A stretch of DNA of 64,000 nt from Polyangia bacterium (GCA_035548155.1 DASZUD010000231.1:5986-69985), one strand, 5' to 3'. Shown: positions 46,155 to 55,615, counted from the first letter of the stretch. Notes: generated from the letters alone by a model not told the origin. A program made the numbers and translations.

Positions 46155-47258
46155 ATGCCGTCGCCGCAGGTCACGCCTCTCGTCACGATCGAGCGCCTCG
46201 TGCGCGGCGGTCACGTCGCCGCCGAAGCGGCGGCCCGCACCGAATTCCTCTGGGACGAGATCCGCCGCCTCAAGCGCGAGAAGAACGCCTTCATCCCCGC
46301 GCACAACTACCAGGTGCCCGAGGTGCAGGCGATCGCCGACACGGTGGGCGACAGCTTCGAGCTGGCGGTGCGCGCGCGCGATCTCGACGCGCGCCTGGTC
46401 GTCTTCTGCGGCGTGCGCTTCATGGCCGAGGGCTGTTACACGCTGGCGCCCCAGCGCCCCGTGTACCTGCCCAACCTGCGCGCGCTCTGCTCGCTGGCGG
46501 AGGTGGACGCCGACGACGTCGCCGAGCGACAGGAGTTCCTGCGCGCAGCCGGCCGCAAGTTCGCGACCATGACGTACGTCAACACATACGCCGACGTGAA
46601 GGCGCTCTCGGACACCTGCTGCACGAGCTCGAACGCGGCGCGCATCGCCGGCAAGCTGGGCGCTCCCGACATCCTCTTCGTGCCCGATCAGAACCTGGCC
46701 TATCAGGTGGCGCTGAAGACGCGGCGGATGTACCTGCCGCCGCCCGAGCCGAACAAGTTCCACCCGAGGGAGTACGCCGACATGATCGAGCCGCTCATTC
46801 GCGAAGGGGAGCGGCAGGGCCTCGAGGGCAACGTGTTCGCGTGGGAGGGCGCGTGCCACGTGCACCACCAGATGACGCCCGCCGACGTCACGAAGATCCG
46901 GCGCGAGGATCCGGATGCCGTCGTGATCGTGCACGGCGAGGTGCGGCCGGAGCTGCAGGAGCTGGCCGACGAGGTGCTGTCCACGTCGCAGATGGCGAAG
47001 TTCGTCGAGGCGCACCCGGAGAAGAATCGCTACGCGATCCTCACCGAGTGCGGCCTCGTCGTGCGGATGGAGCTGGACCACCCGGACAAGCAGTTCTACA
47101 AGCCGTGCCGCCTGTGCCAGTACATGAAGGCGACGGATCTCGAGAACGTGTACACCACGCTGCGCGACGAGCCGCCCGAGCAGCGCATCACCGTGCCCGA
47201 GGACGTGCGCGCCGGCGCCGCGCGCGCGATGATGCGCATGATCGAGCTCGCGGCTTAG
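46155..47258 (+). CDS. nadA: Quinolinate synthase A.
   Basis: NadA-like segments IPAHNYQVPEVQAIAD and VVIVHGE are present. Length is 367 aa. Confidence 0.85.
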   Translation: MPSPQVTPLVTIERLVRGGHVAAEAAARTEFLWDEIRRLKREKNAFIPAHNYQVPEVQAIADTVGDSFELAVRARDLDARLVVFCGVRFMAEGCYTLAPQRPVYLPNLRALCSLAEVDADDVAERQEFLRAAGRKFATMTYVNTYADVKALSDTCCTSSNAARIAGKLGAPDILFVPDQNLAYQVALKTRRMYLPPPEPNKFHPREYADMIEPLIREGERQGLEGNVFAWEGACHVHHQMTPADVTKIRREDPDAVVIVHGEVRPELQELADEVLSTSQMAKFVEAHPEKNRYAILTECGLVVRMELDHPDKQFYKPCRLCQYMKATDLENVYTTLRDEPPEQRITVPEDVRAGAARAMMRMIELAA

Positions 47259-47356
47259 GCGTCAGCCGCGCGGTTTCCTTCTACGAATACGAAACGGCGC
47301 CGCGGCGATACGCCGCGGCCTCGACGGCGCGTGGCGGGGCGCGCTCGAGCCGAGCG

Positions 47357-48235
47357 TCAGAGCGTCGTCGCGCTCGGTGCGCAGCCCGGCGGCTGTTGCG
47401 CGCACGCGCAGCTGCGGCAGCCGTTCGGCCCCGTGCGGAAGCCGTATGGACAGGCCTTGCAGAGGATGTTCAGGCCTGCGCACGTGGCTGCGGACAGGCA
47501 CCCGCAGGTCTGGCAGCCGTTGGCGTCCAGCGCGTAACCCTCCGCGCAGCTGGTGGCGCACGACACGGCCGGGCAGCTCCCAGGCGTCGTGCCCGCGGGG
47601 CAGGTCGCGGGCGGCTTGCACGTGCACGTCGCGCAGCCGCCCTCGTCGGCGACGTCGCCGTTCGCGCACGTCGAGGGGTCGCAGCGCAGCGCCGGACACT
47701 TGCAGGTGGGCGGCTGCCACGCGCACTTGCCGTCCGTGTTCCGGGCGCAGCCGCCGCCGACGATCGTCCCCGTCGGACAGTACGGCGCCGCGAATGGCGG
47801 CGGTGGACCGCAATCGTCCGTCGTGCACGCTGGCGGCGGGTTGCACTCGCAAGTCGGGCAGCCGTTGGCATCCAGCACGTTGCCGTACTGGCAGAAGATG
47901 TCGCAGACCGGGCCGCACGCGCCCCCGGTGCCGCCCTTCCCGCCCGCTCCCTTCGTGCCGGCGGTCCCCGTCGTTCCCGCGCTGCCGGTCGTGCCGCCGC
48001 TGCCCGCCGCGCCGGTCGTGCCGCCGCTGCCCGCCACTCCCGTCGTGCCACCGCCGCCGGCAGACCCGCTCGTGCCACCGCTGCCCGCGGCACCCGTGCC
48101 GCCCGTCGTGCCGGCCGCTCCGCCGTCGTGGCCCGCGCGTCCCGACGCGCCGCCGTCCGGGCTCAACGTGACGGAGCCACAGCCCAGCAGAACGACGGCC
48201 AGCGCGAGCGCCAGGCGCGAGCGAAGCGCGATCAT
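47357..48235 (-). CDS. Cys-rich lipoprotein with a Gly/Thr-rich repeat linker (paralogue A).
   Basis: The start MIALRSRLALALAVVLLGCGS carries a lipobox. A ~110-aa (G/T/A/S)-rich linker follows. The ~160-aa C-terminal domain has 30 Cys with repeated NGC[PQR]TC.C motifs. An ATGA overlap joins it to the upstream paralogue. Confidence 0.65.
   Translation of the reverse strand: MIALRSRLALALAVVLLGCGSVTLSPDGGASGRAGHDGGAAGTTGGTGAAGSGGTSGSAGGGGTTGVAGSGGTTGAAGSGGTTGSAGTTGTAGTKGAGGKGGTGGACGPVCDIFCQYGNVLDANGCPTCECNPPPACTTDDCGPPPPFAAPYCPTGTIVGGGCARNTDGKCAWQPPTCKCPALRCDPSTCANGDVADEGGCATCTCKPPATCPAGTTPGSCPAVSCATSCAEGYALDANGCQTCGCLSAATCAGLNILCKACPYGFRTGPNGCRSCACAQQPPGCAPSATTL
47940..48135. repeat. Degenerate 18-nt periodic repeats inside paralogue A (Gly/Thr/Ala linker).
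   Basis: Imperfect iterations of c.gt.gtgcc.cc.ctgcc run through 47940-48135. Confidence 0.55.
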
Positions 48236-49062
48236 TGCGTGGCGACCGGTGTGCACGTGCACGTGGGGCAGCCAGTCGCCTCCGGCTGCGCGGCCGCCGC
48301 CGTCACGGGGCACGCGATGAGCGGACAAGCGAGCACCGGACACGGCACGCACGTCGGACCCTGCCAGACGCAGACGCCGTCCGTTCCGCGCTTGCACACG
48401 GCCGGATTCACCTGACCGCTCTTGCAGATAGGATAGGCGTAGTCGGGCTCGGGACCGCACTCGGACGGGGTGCACGCCCCGCCGGTTCCACCGGCGCCCG
48501 TCGTTCCACCGGCGCCCGTCGTCCCACCGGCGCCCGTCGTCCCACCGGCGCCCGTCGTTCCGCCGGCGCCCGTCGTTCCGCCCGCGCCGCCGGCGCCGCC
48601 CGCCCCGCCGGCGCCGCCCGTACCGCCCGTTCCCTTCGTGCCGGCAGCGCCCGTCCCGCCTTGGCCACCGCTGCCGCCAGCACCACCTGTCCCCGTCGTG
48701 CCACCGGTGCCCTTGGTCCCCGCGGTGCCGGTCGATCCGCCGGTGCCGGCGCCACCGGAAGACCCCGCGGCGCCCGTCGTGCCAGCGCCGCCTGCTGCGC
48801 CCGTTGATCCCGCGACGCCGCCGTCCGAGCCGCTGGCGCCCGAGACGTGCCCGCCGGTCCCCGCCGATCCGCTGGCGTTCGTGCCGCCGCTTCCACCGCC
48901 GCCGTCCGCCGTCACGCTGACCGAGCCGCAGCCCGCCACCGCGACGACGAGAGCGAACGTCAACGAAGCCAAAGAGAGGCGAAGCATCATGGGCGGCGCT
49001 CCTTCACGAGAGGCATGGGGAGAACCCTGCCATTCTGCATTCAGCGTGCCGCCACTGATCAA
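48232..49062 (-). CDS. Cys-rich lipoprotein with a Gly/Thr-rich repeat linker (paralogue B).
   Basis: A lipobox VAGCGS is present. The linker carries (TTGAGG)5 encoded by 18-nt DNA tandem repeats. A C-terminal Cys-rich domain with GCPTCTC follows. The track ORF starts with a TTG at 49062. An ATG alternative (MMLRLS) lies about 24 codons downstream. Confidence 0.65.
   Translation of the reverse strand: MISGGTLNAEWQGSPHASREGAPPMMLRLSLASLTFALVVAVAGCGSVSVTADGGGGSGGTNASGSAGTGGHVSGASGSDGGVAGSTGAAGGAGTTGAAGSSGGAGTGGSTGTAGTKGTGGTTGTGGAGGSGGQGGTGAAGTKGTGGTGGAGGAGGAGGAGGTTGAGGTTGAGGTTGAGGTTGAGGTTGAGGTGGACTPSECGPEPDYAYPICKSGQVNPAVCKRGTDGVCVWQGPTCVPCPVLACPLIACPVTAAAAQPEATGCPTCTCTPVATQ
48485..48580. repeat. 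Tandem 18-nt direct repeats, about 5 copies of accggcgcccgtcgttcc read on the plus strand, inside paralogue B. They encode the Thr-Thr-Gly-Ala-Gly-Gly repeats.
   Basis: The repeats are visible directly in the sequence at 48481-48580. Their period is 18 nt with few mismatches. Confidence 0.8.
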
Positions 49063-49206
49063 GTTTTGTGCGGCGGATCGTCGCTTACCCGCGTGCCTCG
49101 ACGCGTCGGCGCCTCAGAAAACCGAGGCCGCCGCGACGAGCCCTGAAACGCACCCCGGCGGCGGATGGAGGCGCCGCACGTACATCGGCGCCCTTCGCGG
49201 GAAAGA

Positions 49207-50565
49207 TCAGGAGGCGACGATCTCGGCGGCCAGATCGTACTCGGCCGAGTGCGTGACGCGCGCCGAGAGCAGCGTCCCCGGCGCGGGTGGCGCCGCGTCG
49301 CCGGCGCCCTCGGGGAACGACAGGTACACCTGACCGTCGATCTCGGGCGCCTGACCTTCGTGGCGGCCCATGAGCAGGTACTCGGACTCGTCGGACGCGC
49401 CCTCGACCAGGACCTCGATCGTCTTGCCGCGCATCGCGCGCAGCTTCTTCTTCGAGATCTCGCGCTGGATGCGGAGGAGCTCGCGGCGGCGCGCGTCCAC
49501 CTCCTTCTGCGGTACGCGTTTCGGCAGCAGGGCCGCCACGGTGCCTTCCTCGCGCGAGAAATTGAAAACGCCGACGCGATCGAGTTCGGCCTCACGCACG
49601 AAGTCGCACAGGCGCTGGAACGCCTCCTCGGTCTCGCCCGGGTGGCCGACGATGAACGTCGTCCGCAGCGTCACGCCCGGCACGCGGGCGCGCACGCGCT
49701 CGCACAGATCGCGCACCTGCTTTTCACCGTAGCCGCGACGCATCGCCTTGAGCACGTCGCTGTCGAGGTGCTGGATCGGCACGTCGAGGTACTTCGCGAC
49801 GCGCGCCTCGCCGGCCATCACGTCGAGCAGCTCGTTCGTGCACGCCGTCGGATACGCGTAGTGCAGACGGATCCAGCGCAGGCCCTCGACGCCGCCCAGC
49901 CCGCGCAGCAGCGAGGCCAAATTCGGCGCGCCGGGCTCCTTCGCGCCGGGAAGGTCCGTGCCGTACGTCGTGAGGTCCTGCGCGACGAGACAGATCTCCT
50001 TCGTGCCGGCCGTCGCGAGCGCGCGAGCCTCGCGCACGACCGACTCGGGATCGCGGCTGCGCTGCGGACCGCGCAGCTTGGGGATGATGCAGAACGCGCA
50101 CGGGCGATCGCAGCCTTCGGCGATCTTCACGTACGCCGTGTGCGTCGCCATCGACGGCTGTCGCGGCGCGATGTCGTCGTAGAGGTAGCGCGGCGTCTCG
50201 GCGACGCGCACGCGGCGCTCGGCCCCGCTGATCGCCTCGTTGATGGCGCCCACCTCGTCCGTGCCGAGGAATTCGTCCACCTCGGGCATCTCGTCGGCGA
50301 GCTCTTTCGGGTACCGCTGTGAGAGGCACCCGGTCACCACGAGGCGCTGGCACTTGCCGCCCTCCTTGTGGCGCGCCATCTCGAGGATGGCGTCGATCGA
50401 CTCTTGCTTGGCTTCGCCGATGAAGCCGCAGGTGTTCACCACGATCACCTCGGCGTCCTCGGCGGCTGCCACGATCGAGTGACCGGCGCCCGTGGCATGC
50501 CCGAGCATGACCTCGGTGTCGACGCGGTTTTTCGGGCAGCCGAGCGAAACGAAATGGACGTTCAT
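49207..50565 (-). CDS. rimO: Ribosomal protein S12 methylthiotransferase (MiaB-like radical-SAM family).
   Basis: The start is MNVHFVSLGCPKN. The radical-SAM motif CDRPCAFC and a C-terminal TRAM domain are present. Confidence 0.85.
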   Translation of the reverse strand: MNVHFVSLGCPKNRVDTEVMLGHATGAGHSIVAAAEDAEVIVVNTCGFIGEAKQESIDAILEMARHKEGGKCQRLVVTGCLSQRYPKELADEMPEVDEFLGTDEVGAINEAISGAERRVRVAETPRYLYDDIAPRQPSMATHTAYVKIAEGCDRPCAFCIIPKLRGPQRSRDPESVVREARALATAGTKEICLVAQDLTTYGTDLPGAKEPGAPNLASLLRGLGGVEGLRWIRLHYAYPTACTNELLDVMAGEARVAKYLDVPIQHLDSDVLKAMRRGYGEKQVRDLCERVRARVPGVTLRTTFIVGHPGETEEAFQRLCDFVREAELDRVGVFNFSREEGTVAALLPKRVPQKEVDARRRELLRIQREISKKKLRAMRGKTIEVLVEGASDESEYLLMGRHEGQAPEIDGQVYLSFPEGAGDAAPPAPGTLLSARVTHSAEYDLAAEIVAS

Positions 50566-50671
50566 TTGATGAAGGGGCGGCAGCTTAGCAGATGCGCCCG
50601 CGGCGAACGAACGGGCGCTCGGGGCCCCGCGAACACCAGCCGGCACGCCGCGTTACGGGCCTGAACGCTCC

Positions 50672-51736
50672 TCAGGGGAACGCGAACACGTCGCGCTCGC
50701 CGAACTGCTTGACCAGCACCGTGACGTACTGCCGGACGACGTCGCGGCGCGCGACGACGGCGCGGATCTCGGCGGGCGTGAGGATCTCGTAGGGCGTCCC
50801 GGTCTCCTCGGACAGCACGCGCTCGAGCGTCGGCACGCTGATGCGGTCGAGCGCCTGGTAGGTCCCTCGCGAGAACCGCTGCGTCCGCATGAGCGCGTCG
50901 CGAGCCTTCGTTTTGCCCGTGGGCTCGACGTAGAAGGACATCGTGTTGTCCATGTAGTAGAGCTGCTTGCCGTCGGGCGACATCTTCATGTTGCCGCCCG
51001 AGAGGCGGTCCGGGTTGTCCGTGAGGAAGTCGAACACGACCAGGTCCGAGAGCTGGGCGGCCATGTCGCGCTTGTCGGCGGGAATGGCCTGGCCCAAGGA
51101 CAGCCAGGTCTGCGCGAGGCGCTGCCCCTCGGGCGTGTCGAACCCGGAGTCCTTGATGACGGGGATCCAGTAGGAAGCCGTGCCGACGGTCTTGCCGCCG
51201 GGGCCGAAGATCGTCTCGGCCTCGATGCGCGGGATCAGCGGGACGCTCTCGGGGTGAAGGTGGCTCAGCAGCTCGTCGTGCGCGACGACGCGCGGCGCGG
51301 CCGGGGGCACGGCGTTGAGCCCCAGCAGACGGTTCAGCCGGTACGCCGCCACCTCCTTGCGCGGGATCGTCTGCAGGTTCGTCTGGTTCGGCTTCCAGGC
51401 CGCGCGCGAGCCGTCGGCGAACTCGATGCGGAACGACAGCGACGACCCGCCGTGGTTCACCTTGAACCGCACGATGGGCAGCGTGCGCACGCGCTGGAGC
51501 AGGAGCTCGTCGGACATGCCCAGGAACGTGCCGGCCGCCTCGAGCGCGATCACGGGATCGGGCAGCGCCGACAGATCCTTGCGCGCGGACAGCGGCGCGG
51601 GCCCTTGGGCCTCGCGCGCGCGCGCCGCCAGCACCGCGCGCGCGCCGTGCGAAAGGCGCATGATCCCCCAGCCGCCGCTGCCCAGCACCGCTGCGGCGAT
51701 CGTCAGCTCGGCGAAGATGAGCCCCGGGAGACGCAC
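50672..51736 (-). CDS. Membrane-anchored protein with a Fam20/four-jointed-like atypical kinase motif.
   Basis: An N-terminal transmembrane helix is present. The motif VVFDFLTDNPDRLSGGN resembles the FDFL..N.DRH catalytic segment of the Fam20/FJX1 secretory-kinase family. Confidence 0.55.
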   Translation of the reverse strand: MRLPGLIFAELTIAAAVLGSGGWGIMRLSHGARAVLAARAREAQGPAPLSARKDLSALPDPVIALEAAGTFLGMSDELLLQRVRTLPIVRFKVNHGGSSLSFRIEFADGSRAAWKPNQTNLQTIPRKEVAAYRLNRLLGLNAVPPAAPRVVAHDELLSHLHPESVPLIPRIEAETIFGPGGKTVGTASYWIPVIKDSGFDTPEGQRLAQTWLSLGQAIPADKRDMAAQLSDLVVFDFLTDNPDRLSGGNMKMSPDGKQLYYMDNTMSFYVEPTGKTKARDALMRTQRFSRGTYQALDRISVPTLERVLSEETGTPYEILTPAEIRAVVARRDVVRQYVTVLVKQFGERDVFAFP

Positions 51737-51833
51737 GCGGCCGTCATTTTATCGCAGAAAACGCGGCAATTCTCGCGCGTTGACCAAGCTCCCCGCTCGA
51801 CATCCGGCGCGAAAGGGTTACGTTAGGGCACTC

Positions 51834-52037
51834 ATGTCGACGTCTCCCGCGTTCGTCTGCTCCATGTGCAGAAAGCCCATCGCCGTCGGGGCCAAGGTCA
51901 TCAAGTGTTCGGTCAGCACGTGCAACTCCGGCCGCGTGAAGCTGGTCTTCTGCTCGGCCTCCTGCTGGGACAGCCACCTGCCCAATGCCCGCCATCGCAG
52001 CGCCTACTTCGTCGAAGAGATCGCTCGCCGCGAATGA
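51834..52037 (+). CDS. Zn-ribbon miniprotein (67 aa).
   Basis: The protein MSTSPAFVCSMCRKPIAVGAKVIKCSVSTCNSGRVKLVFCSASCWDSH has two Cys pairs (CxxC...CxxC). It forms the tail of track ORF 51315..52037. Confidence 0.4.
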   Translation: MSTSPAFVCSMCRKPIAVGAKVIKCSVSTCNSGRVKLVFCSASCWDSHLPNARHRSAYFVEEIARRE

Positions 52038-53132
52038 CTAGGGAGACGCCGCGACGGCGTCCTCGAGCGCGTTCGCGATCGTGCCCTTGCGCGTGAAGCC
52101 CACGAAGGTTCCACGTACGGCGCCGTCCTTGCCGATGATGATCATGGTGGGCAGCGAGCGGACCTTGTAGAGGCCGTTGATCTCGCCCTCGTCGATGCCG
52201 ACGGGGTACGGGACGTCGTGCTCGCGCAGGAAGGCGCGCAGGGCCTCGGGCTCGATGCCGCCGTCGGAGTTGATGCCCAGGAACGTCACGCCCCGACCGC
52301 TCCATTCGGCGTGAAGCTCGTGCAGCGTGGGCAGCATCGCCAGGCACGGCGGGCACCACGTGGCCCAGAAATCGAGCACGACCACCTGCCCGCGCAGCGC
52401 CGCGAGCGAGATCTCCCCCGGCTGACCGTCGGCGCGAGCGAGCGTGAACCGCGGCGCCGCCTGGCCGCTGCGCACGGGCAGGAGCGCGCGCAGGTGCCGC
52501 GCCGACCACACGAGGTTGCCGGCCAGCGCCACGGCGGCGACGCCCGCGACGGCGAGGCCCGCGAGGCGCGCGCGGCGGCCCGGCGAGACGATCACCGGCG
52601 CCGGGAACGTGCCGGTGCGCCGGCGCGCCACGATGATCGCGCACACGAACGCCGGCAGCGTCACGGCGATCGCGCCGGCGCGCGCGCCCCAGACCGGCCA
52701 CGGGCGCGCGCCCGTGAGCTCCTCGACGACGCGGAACGCGCTGGTCGCGGCGAACCAGGGCGCGTAGCAGGCGGCGCCGAGCTCGAGGTCGCGCGACGAG
52801 TCGCGGCGCGCACCCGCGAGCAGCGTGATCGCGACGGAAGCCGGCAGCACGACCCAGGCCGCGGCGACGATCTCGTTCGCCGCGACGGAGACGACGCGCA
52901 AGAGCGCGTCCATGCTGGGCGCCGACAGCCCCAGCAGCGCCTCGAACAGCAGCGGAAAGCGGAACGTCACCGTCGCCAGCGCGACCAGCCAGATCGCGTC
53001 GTGGAGCCCGCCGCCCTGACGATCGATGCGCTCGAGCGCCGCGCGCGGCGCCAGCAGGATCTGCCCCACGCGCCCCAGCAGCCCGCGCAGCGGCTGGCGG
53101 GGCGGGGCGGCGGTGGCGGTCTCGTCGGCCAT
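52038..53132 (-). CDS. Membrane-anchored TlpA/ResA-like thiol:disulfide oxidoreductase.
   Basis: The start is chosen at MADETATAAPP. About 220 aa form a polytopic membrane domain. The periplasmic thioredoxin fold carries WATWCPPC. The R-rich 5' extension of the track ORF is rejected. Confidence 0.75.
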   Translation of the reverse strand: MADETATAAPPRQPLRGLLGRVGQILLAPRAALERIDRQGGGLHDAIWLVALATVTFRFPLLFEALLGLSAPSMDALLRVVSVAANEIVAAAWVVLPASVAITLLAGARRDSSRDLELGAACYAPWFAATSAFRVVEELTGARPWPVWGARAGAIAVTLPAFVCAIIVARRRTGTFPAPVIVSPGRRARLAGLAVAGVAAVALAGNLVWSARHLRALLPVRSGQAAPRFTLARADGQPGEISLAALRGQVVVLDFWATWCPPCLAMLPTLHELHAEWSGRGVTFLGINSDGGIEPEALRAFLREHDVPYPVGIDEGEINGLYKVRSLPTMIIIGKDGAVRGTFVGFTRKGTIANALEDAVAASP

Positions 53133-53140
53133 GGTCGTCG

Positions 53141-53920
53141 CTACCGGTTGCGCTCGTAGATGAGCGCCAGGCCCTGGAGCGTGAGCATGTCGTCGCACTC
53201 CTGGATCGTGCGCGTCTCCTTGGCGATGAGCGGCGCCAAGCCGCCCGTGCCGACGACGCGCGGCGAGAAGTCCACCTCGGCCTTGATGCGATCGACGATC
53301 GCGTCGACGAGGCCGGCGTAGCCGAAGACGAGGCCTGCCTGGATGCTGGCGACGGTGTTGCGCCCCACGGCGGCGCGCGGCCTCGCGATCTCGACGCGCG
53401 GGAGCTTCGCCGTCGCCGAGAAGAGCGCGTCGGACGACACCATCACGCCGGGCGCGATCACGCCGCCCGCGTACTCGCCGCGGGCCGTGACGACGTCGAA
53501 GGTCGTCGCCGTGCCGAAGTCGACGACGATCGCGCCGCCCGGCCAACGCTTGTACGCCGCGACGGCGTTGACGATGCGGTCGGCGCCCACCTCGCGCGGG
53601 TTCTCGTAGAGGATCGGCATGCCGGTCTTCGTGCCGGGCCCCACGACGAGCGGCTCCACCTCGAGGTGCTTGCGGCAGAGCAGCTCGATCGGGAAGAGCA
53701 CGGGCGGCACGACCGACGACACGGCGACGGCGGTCACGGCGCGCATCTCGAGGCTCGCGAGACGGAACAGCTCGGACAGGAGCGCCGCGTACTCGTCCGC
53801 CGTGCGCGACGCTCGCGTCTCGATGCGCCAGTCGGCCCGCAAGGCTCCCACGCCGCCGGGCCCCAGCTCAAACAGCCCGAAGGCGAGGTTCGTGTTCCCG
53901 ATGTCGATGGCGAGGAGCAT
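53141..53920 (-). CDS. coaX: Type III pantothenate kinase.
   Basis: The start MLLAIDIGNTNLAFGLF is the ASKHA phosphate-1 motif. Length is about 259 aa. Confidence 0.85.
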   Translation of the reverse strand: MLLAIDIGNTNLAFGLFELGPGGVGALRADWRIETRASRTADEYAALLSELFRLASLEMRAVTAVAVSSVVPPVLFPIELLCRKHLEVEPLVVGPGTKTGMPILYENPREVGADRIVNAVAAYKRWPGGAIVVDFGTATTFDVVTARGEYAGGVIAPGVMVSSDALFSATAKLPRVEIARPRAAVGRNTVASIQAGLVFGYAGLVDAIVDRIKAEVDFSPRVVGTGGLAPLIAKETRTIQECDDMLTLQGLALIYERNR

Positions 53921-53950
53921 GGAGCGGCCCATAGGCTAACATGCCGGGCG

Positions 53951-55615
53951 ATGGCCTCCGGTGCGGCATCGAGCCTTTCGCCTCGCAAGAGCGGGCCCGT
54001 CCTGACGCTCGCGCTCCTGACCGGGTTCGCGATCTGCGTCTTCCTGGCGTTCTGGCTGATCGACTACTTCGTCCTCGATTCGGCGCACCGCAACCCGGGT
54101 GGGCCGTTCGCGCAGCTCTTCGACTACGACGCCGAGACGATGCAGAACGCGCTGGGCAGCCTGGCGCAGGTGATCGCGGCCGTTCTGGGCATCGCCATCA
54201 CGGTCGTCTCGATCGTCGTGCAGCTCGCGGCGAACCGGTACACGTCGCGCGTCACGGACATGTTCTTCCACGACCGCACGAACCTGTTCGTCATGGGGTT
54301 CTTCGTGATCGCGTGCATCGAGGCGCTGTGGGTCAGCTTCGGCATCGGGAAGGACTACGTGCCGCAGGCCACGGTGACGGCCGCGCTGGTCATGGCGACG
54401 GCCAGCCTGCTGGTCCTCGTGCCCTACTTCGCGTACGTGTTCGACTTCCTCGACCCCGAGAAGGTGATCGCGCGGCTCGGCAAGCAGACGCTCGAGAGCG
54501 CGGCGCCGCGCAAGCGCGTCCCTGACGCAGAGGCGAAGGGCGCCGCGCTCGAGGCGCGGCAGATGCGCGCCGTGGGCGGGCTCGAGCAGCTCGCGGGGAT
54601 CGCCATGAACGCGCTCGCGCAGAAGGAGAAGACGATCGCGACCGACGCCACCGTGGCGCTGCGCACCGTGCTGGTCGACTACCTGCCCGAGAAGCAGGGC
54701 CTCGGCTCGGCGTGGTTCGTCCTCGGGCGCGCGCTGCGCGCCCACCCCGACTTCGTGGCCATGGCGCCCGAGTCGCTGGACGAGCTGGCGAGCGAGCGCA
54801 CCTGGCTCGAGTGGATGGGCCTGCGCCAGATCCGCGAGGTGTTCTCCGAGGCGCTGAAGACCCTGCCCGAGATGACGCACGTCGTGGCCATAGACACCCG
54901 CTACGTGGGCGAGGCGGCGATCGACGCGCGCGATCGCGAGGTGCTGGCGCTGACGACCAAGTTCATGAACACGTACCTGCGCGCCGCGCTGAACGCGCGC
55001 GACGTGCGCACGGCCTACAACGTGCTGCACCAGTACCGGCAGCTCGCCGAGGCGATGCTGCGCGCGCCGGCGACGACCGCCCCATGGTTGAGCGCCGCGC
55101 TGGAAGAGGTGGCCGGCCACTTCAAGTACTACGCGCAGCTGGCGCACGCGCAGGGCCTGGGCTTCGTCACCGAGACGGCCGCGTACGATCTGTGCACGCT
55201 GTGCGAGGAGGCGTGCGAGCGCTTCGCGCCGTCACACGACCGGCTGCTGGCGATCTTCCTGGAGATCGACAAGGAGGCGGAGACGTCGGCCGAGGAGAAG
55301 GCGCTGCGCGGCGTGCGCAAGGCGCAGGCGAAGCTGGCGACGTTCTACCTCCTGCGCGGGCACGCGGCGTACGCGCGCGCGATCTACGAGGACATGGCCC
55401 AGGAGTCGGCCGAGCGGCTGCGCTCGATCCGCGACGAGCTGCTCGGGATCACGTCGAAGCACTTCTGGGAGGTCGTCGACCGCGGGACGAACTTCGACTA
55501 CATCGACGACGCGCGCAAAGAGAAGCTGCGCGAGTTCTTTTCCCAGTTCGAGTCGCTCTCCAAGCTCCCGCCGCGCGAGCGCGGGACCGGGCCGTACCGG
55601 CTCACCTCGCCCTGA
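53951..55615 (+). CDS. Uncharacterised membrane protein (about 5 transmembrane helices plus a large cytoplasmic domain).
   Basis: The start is chosen at MASGAASSLSPRKSGPVLTLALLTGFAICVFLAF (ATG 53951). The track ORF begins at 53666 with an R/H-rich extension. Confidence 0.6.
   Translation: MASGAASSLSPRKSGPVLTLALLTGFAICVFLAFWLIDYFVLDSAHRNPGGPFAQLFDYDAETMQNALGSLAQVIAAVLGIAITVVSIVVQLAANRYTSRVTDMFFHDRTNLFVMGFFVIACIEALWVSFGIGKDYVPQATVTAALVMATASLLVLVPYFAYVFDFLDPEKVIARLGKQTLESAAPRKRVPDAEAKGAALEARQMRAVGGLEQLAGIAMNALAQKEKTIATDATVALRTVLVDYLPEKQGLGSAWFVLGRALRAHPDFVAMAPESLDELASERTWLEWMGLRQIREVFSEALKTLPEMTHVVAIDTRYVGEAAIDARDREVLALTTKFMNTYLRAALNARDVRTAYNVLHQYRQLAEAMLRAPATTAPWLSAALEEVAGHFKYYAQLAHAQGLGFVTETAAYDLCTLCEEACERFAPSHDRLLAIFLEIDKEAETSAEEKALRGVRKAQAKLATFYLLRGHAAYARAIYEDMAQESAERLRSIRDELLGITSKHFWEVVDRGTNFDYIDDARKEKLREFFSQFESLSKLPPRERGTGPYRLTSP

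Noticed and set aside
46100-46186. The 29-codon N-terminal extension of the dehydratase ORF.
   Set aside because: It would create a 32-nt 5' overlap with divergent nadA. The internal MERLF start gives a normal divergent intergenic region.
48485-48580. A possible CRISPR-like or tandem repeat array.
   Set aside because: The 18-nt units are contiguous, with no spacers and no palindromic repeat structure. They lie in-frame inside a CDS and encode Gly/Thr repeats. This is not a CRISPR array.
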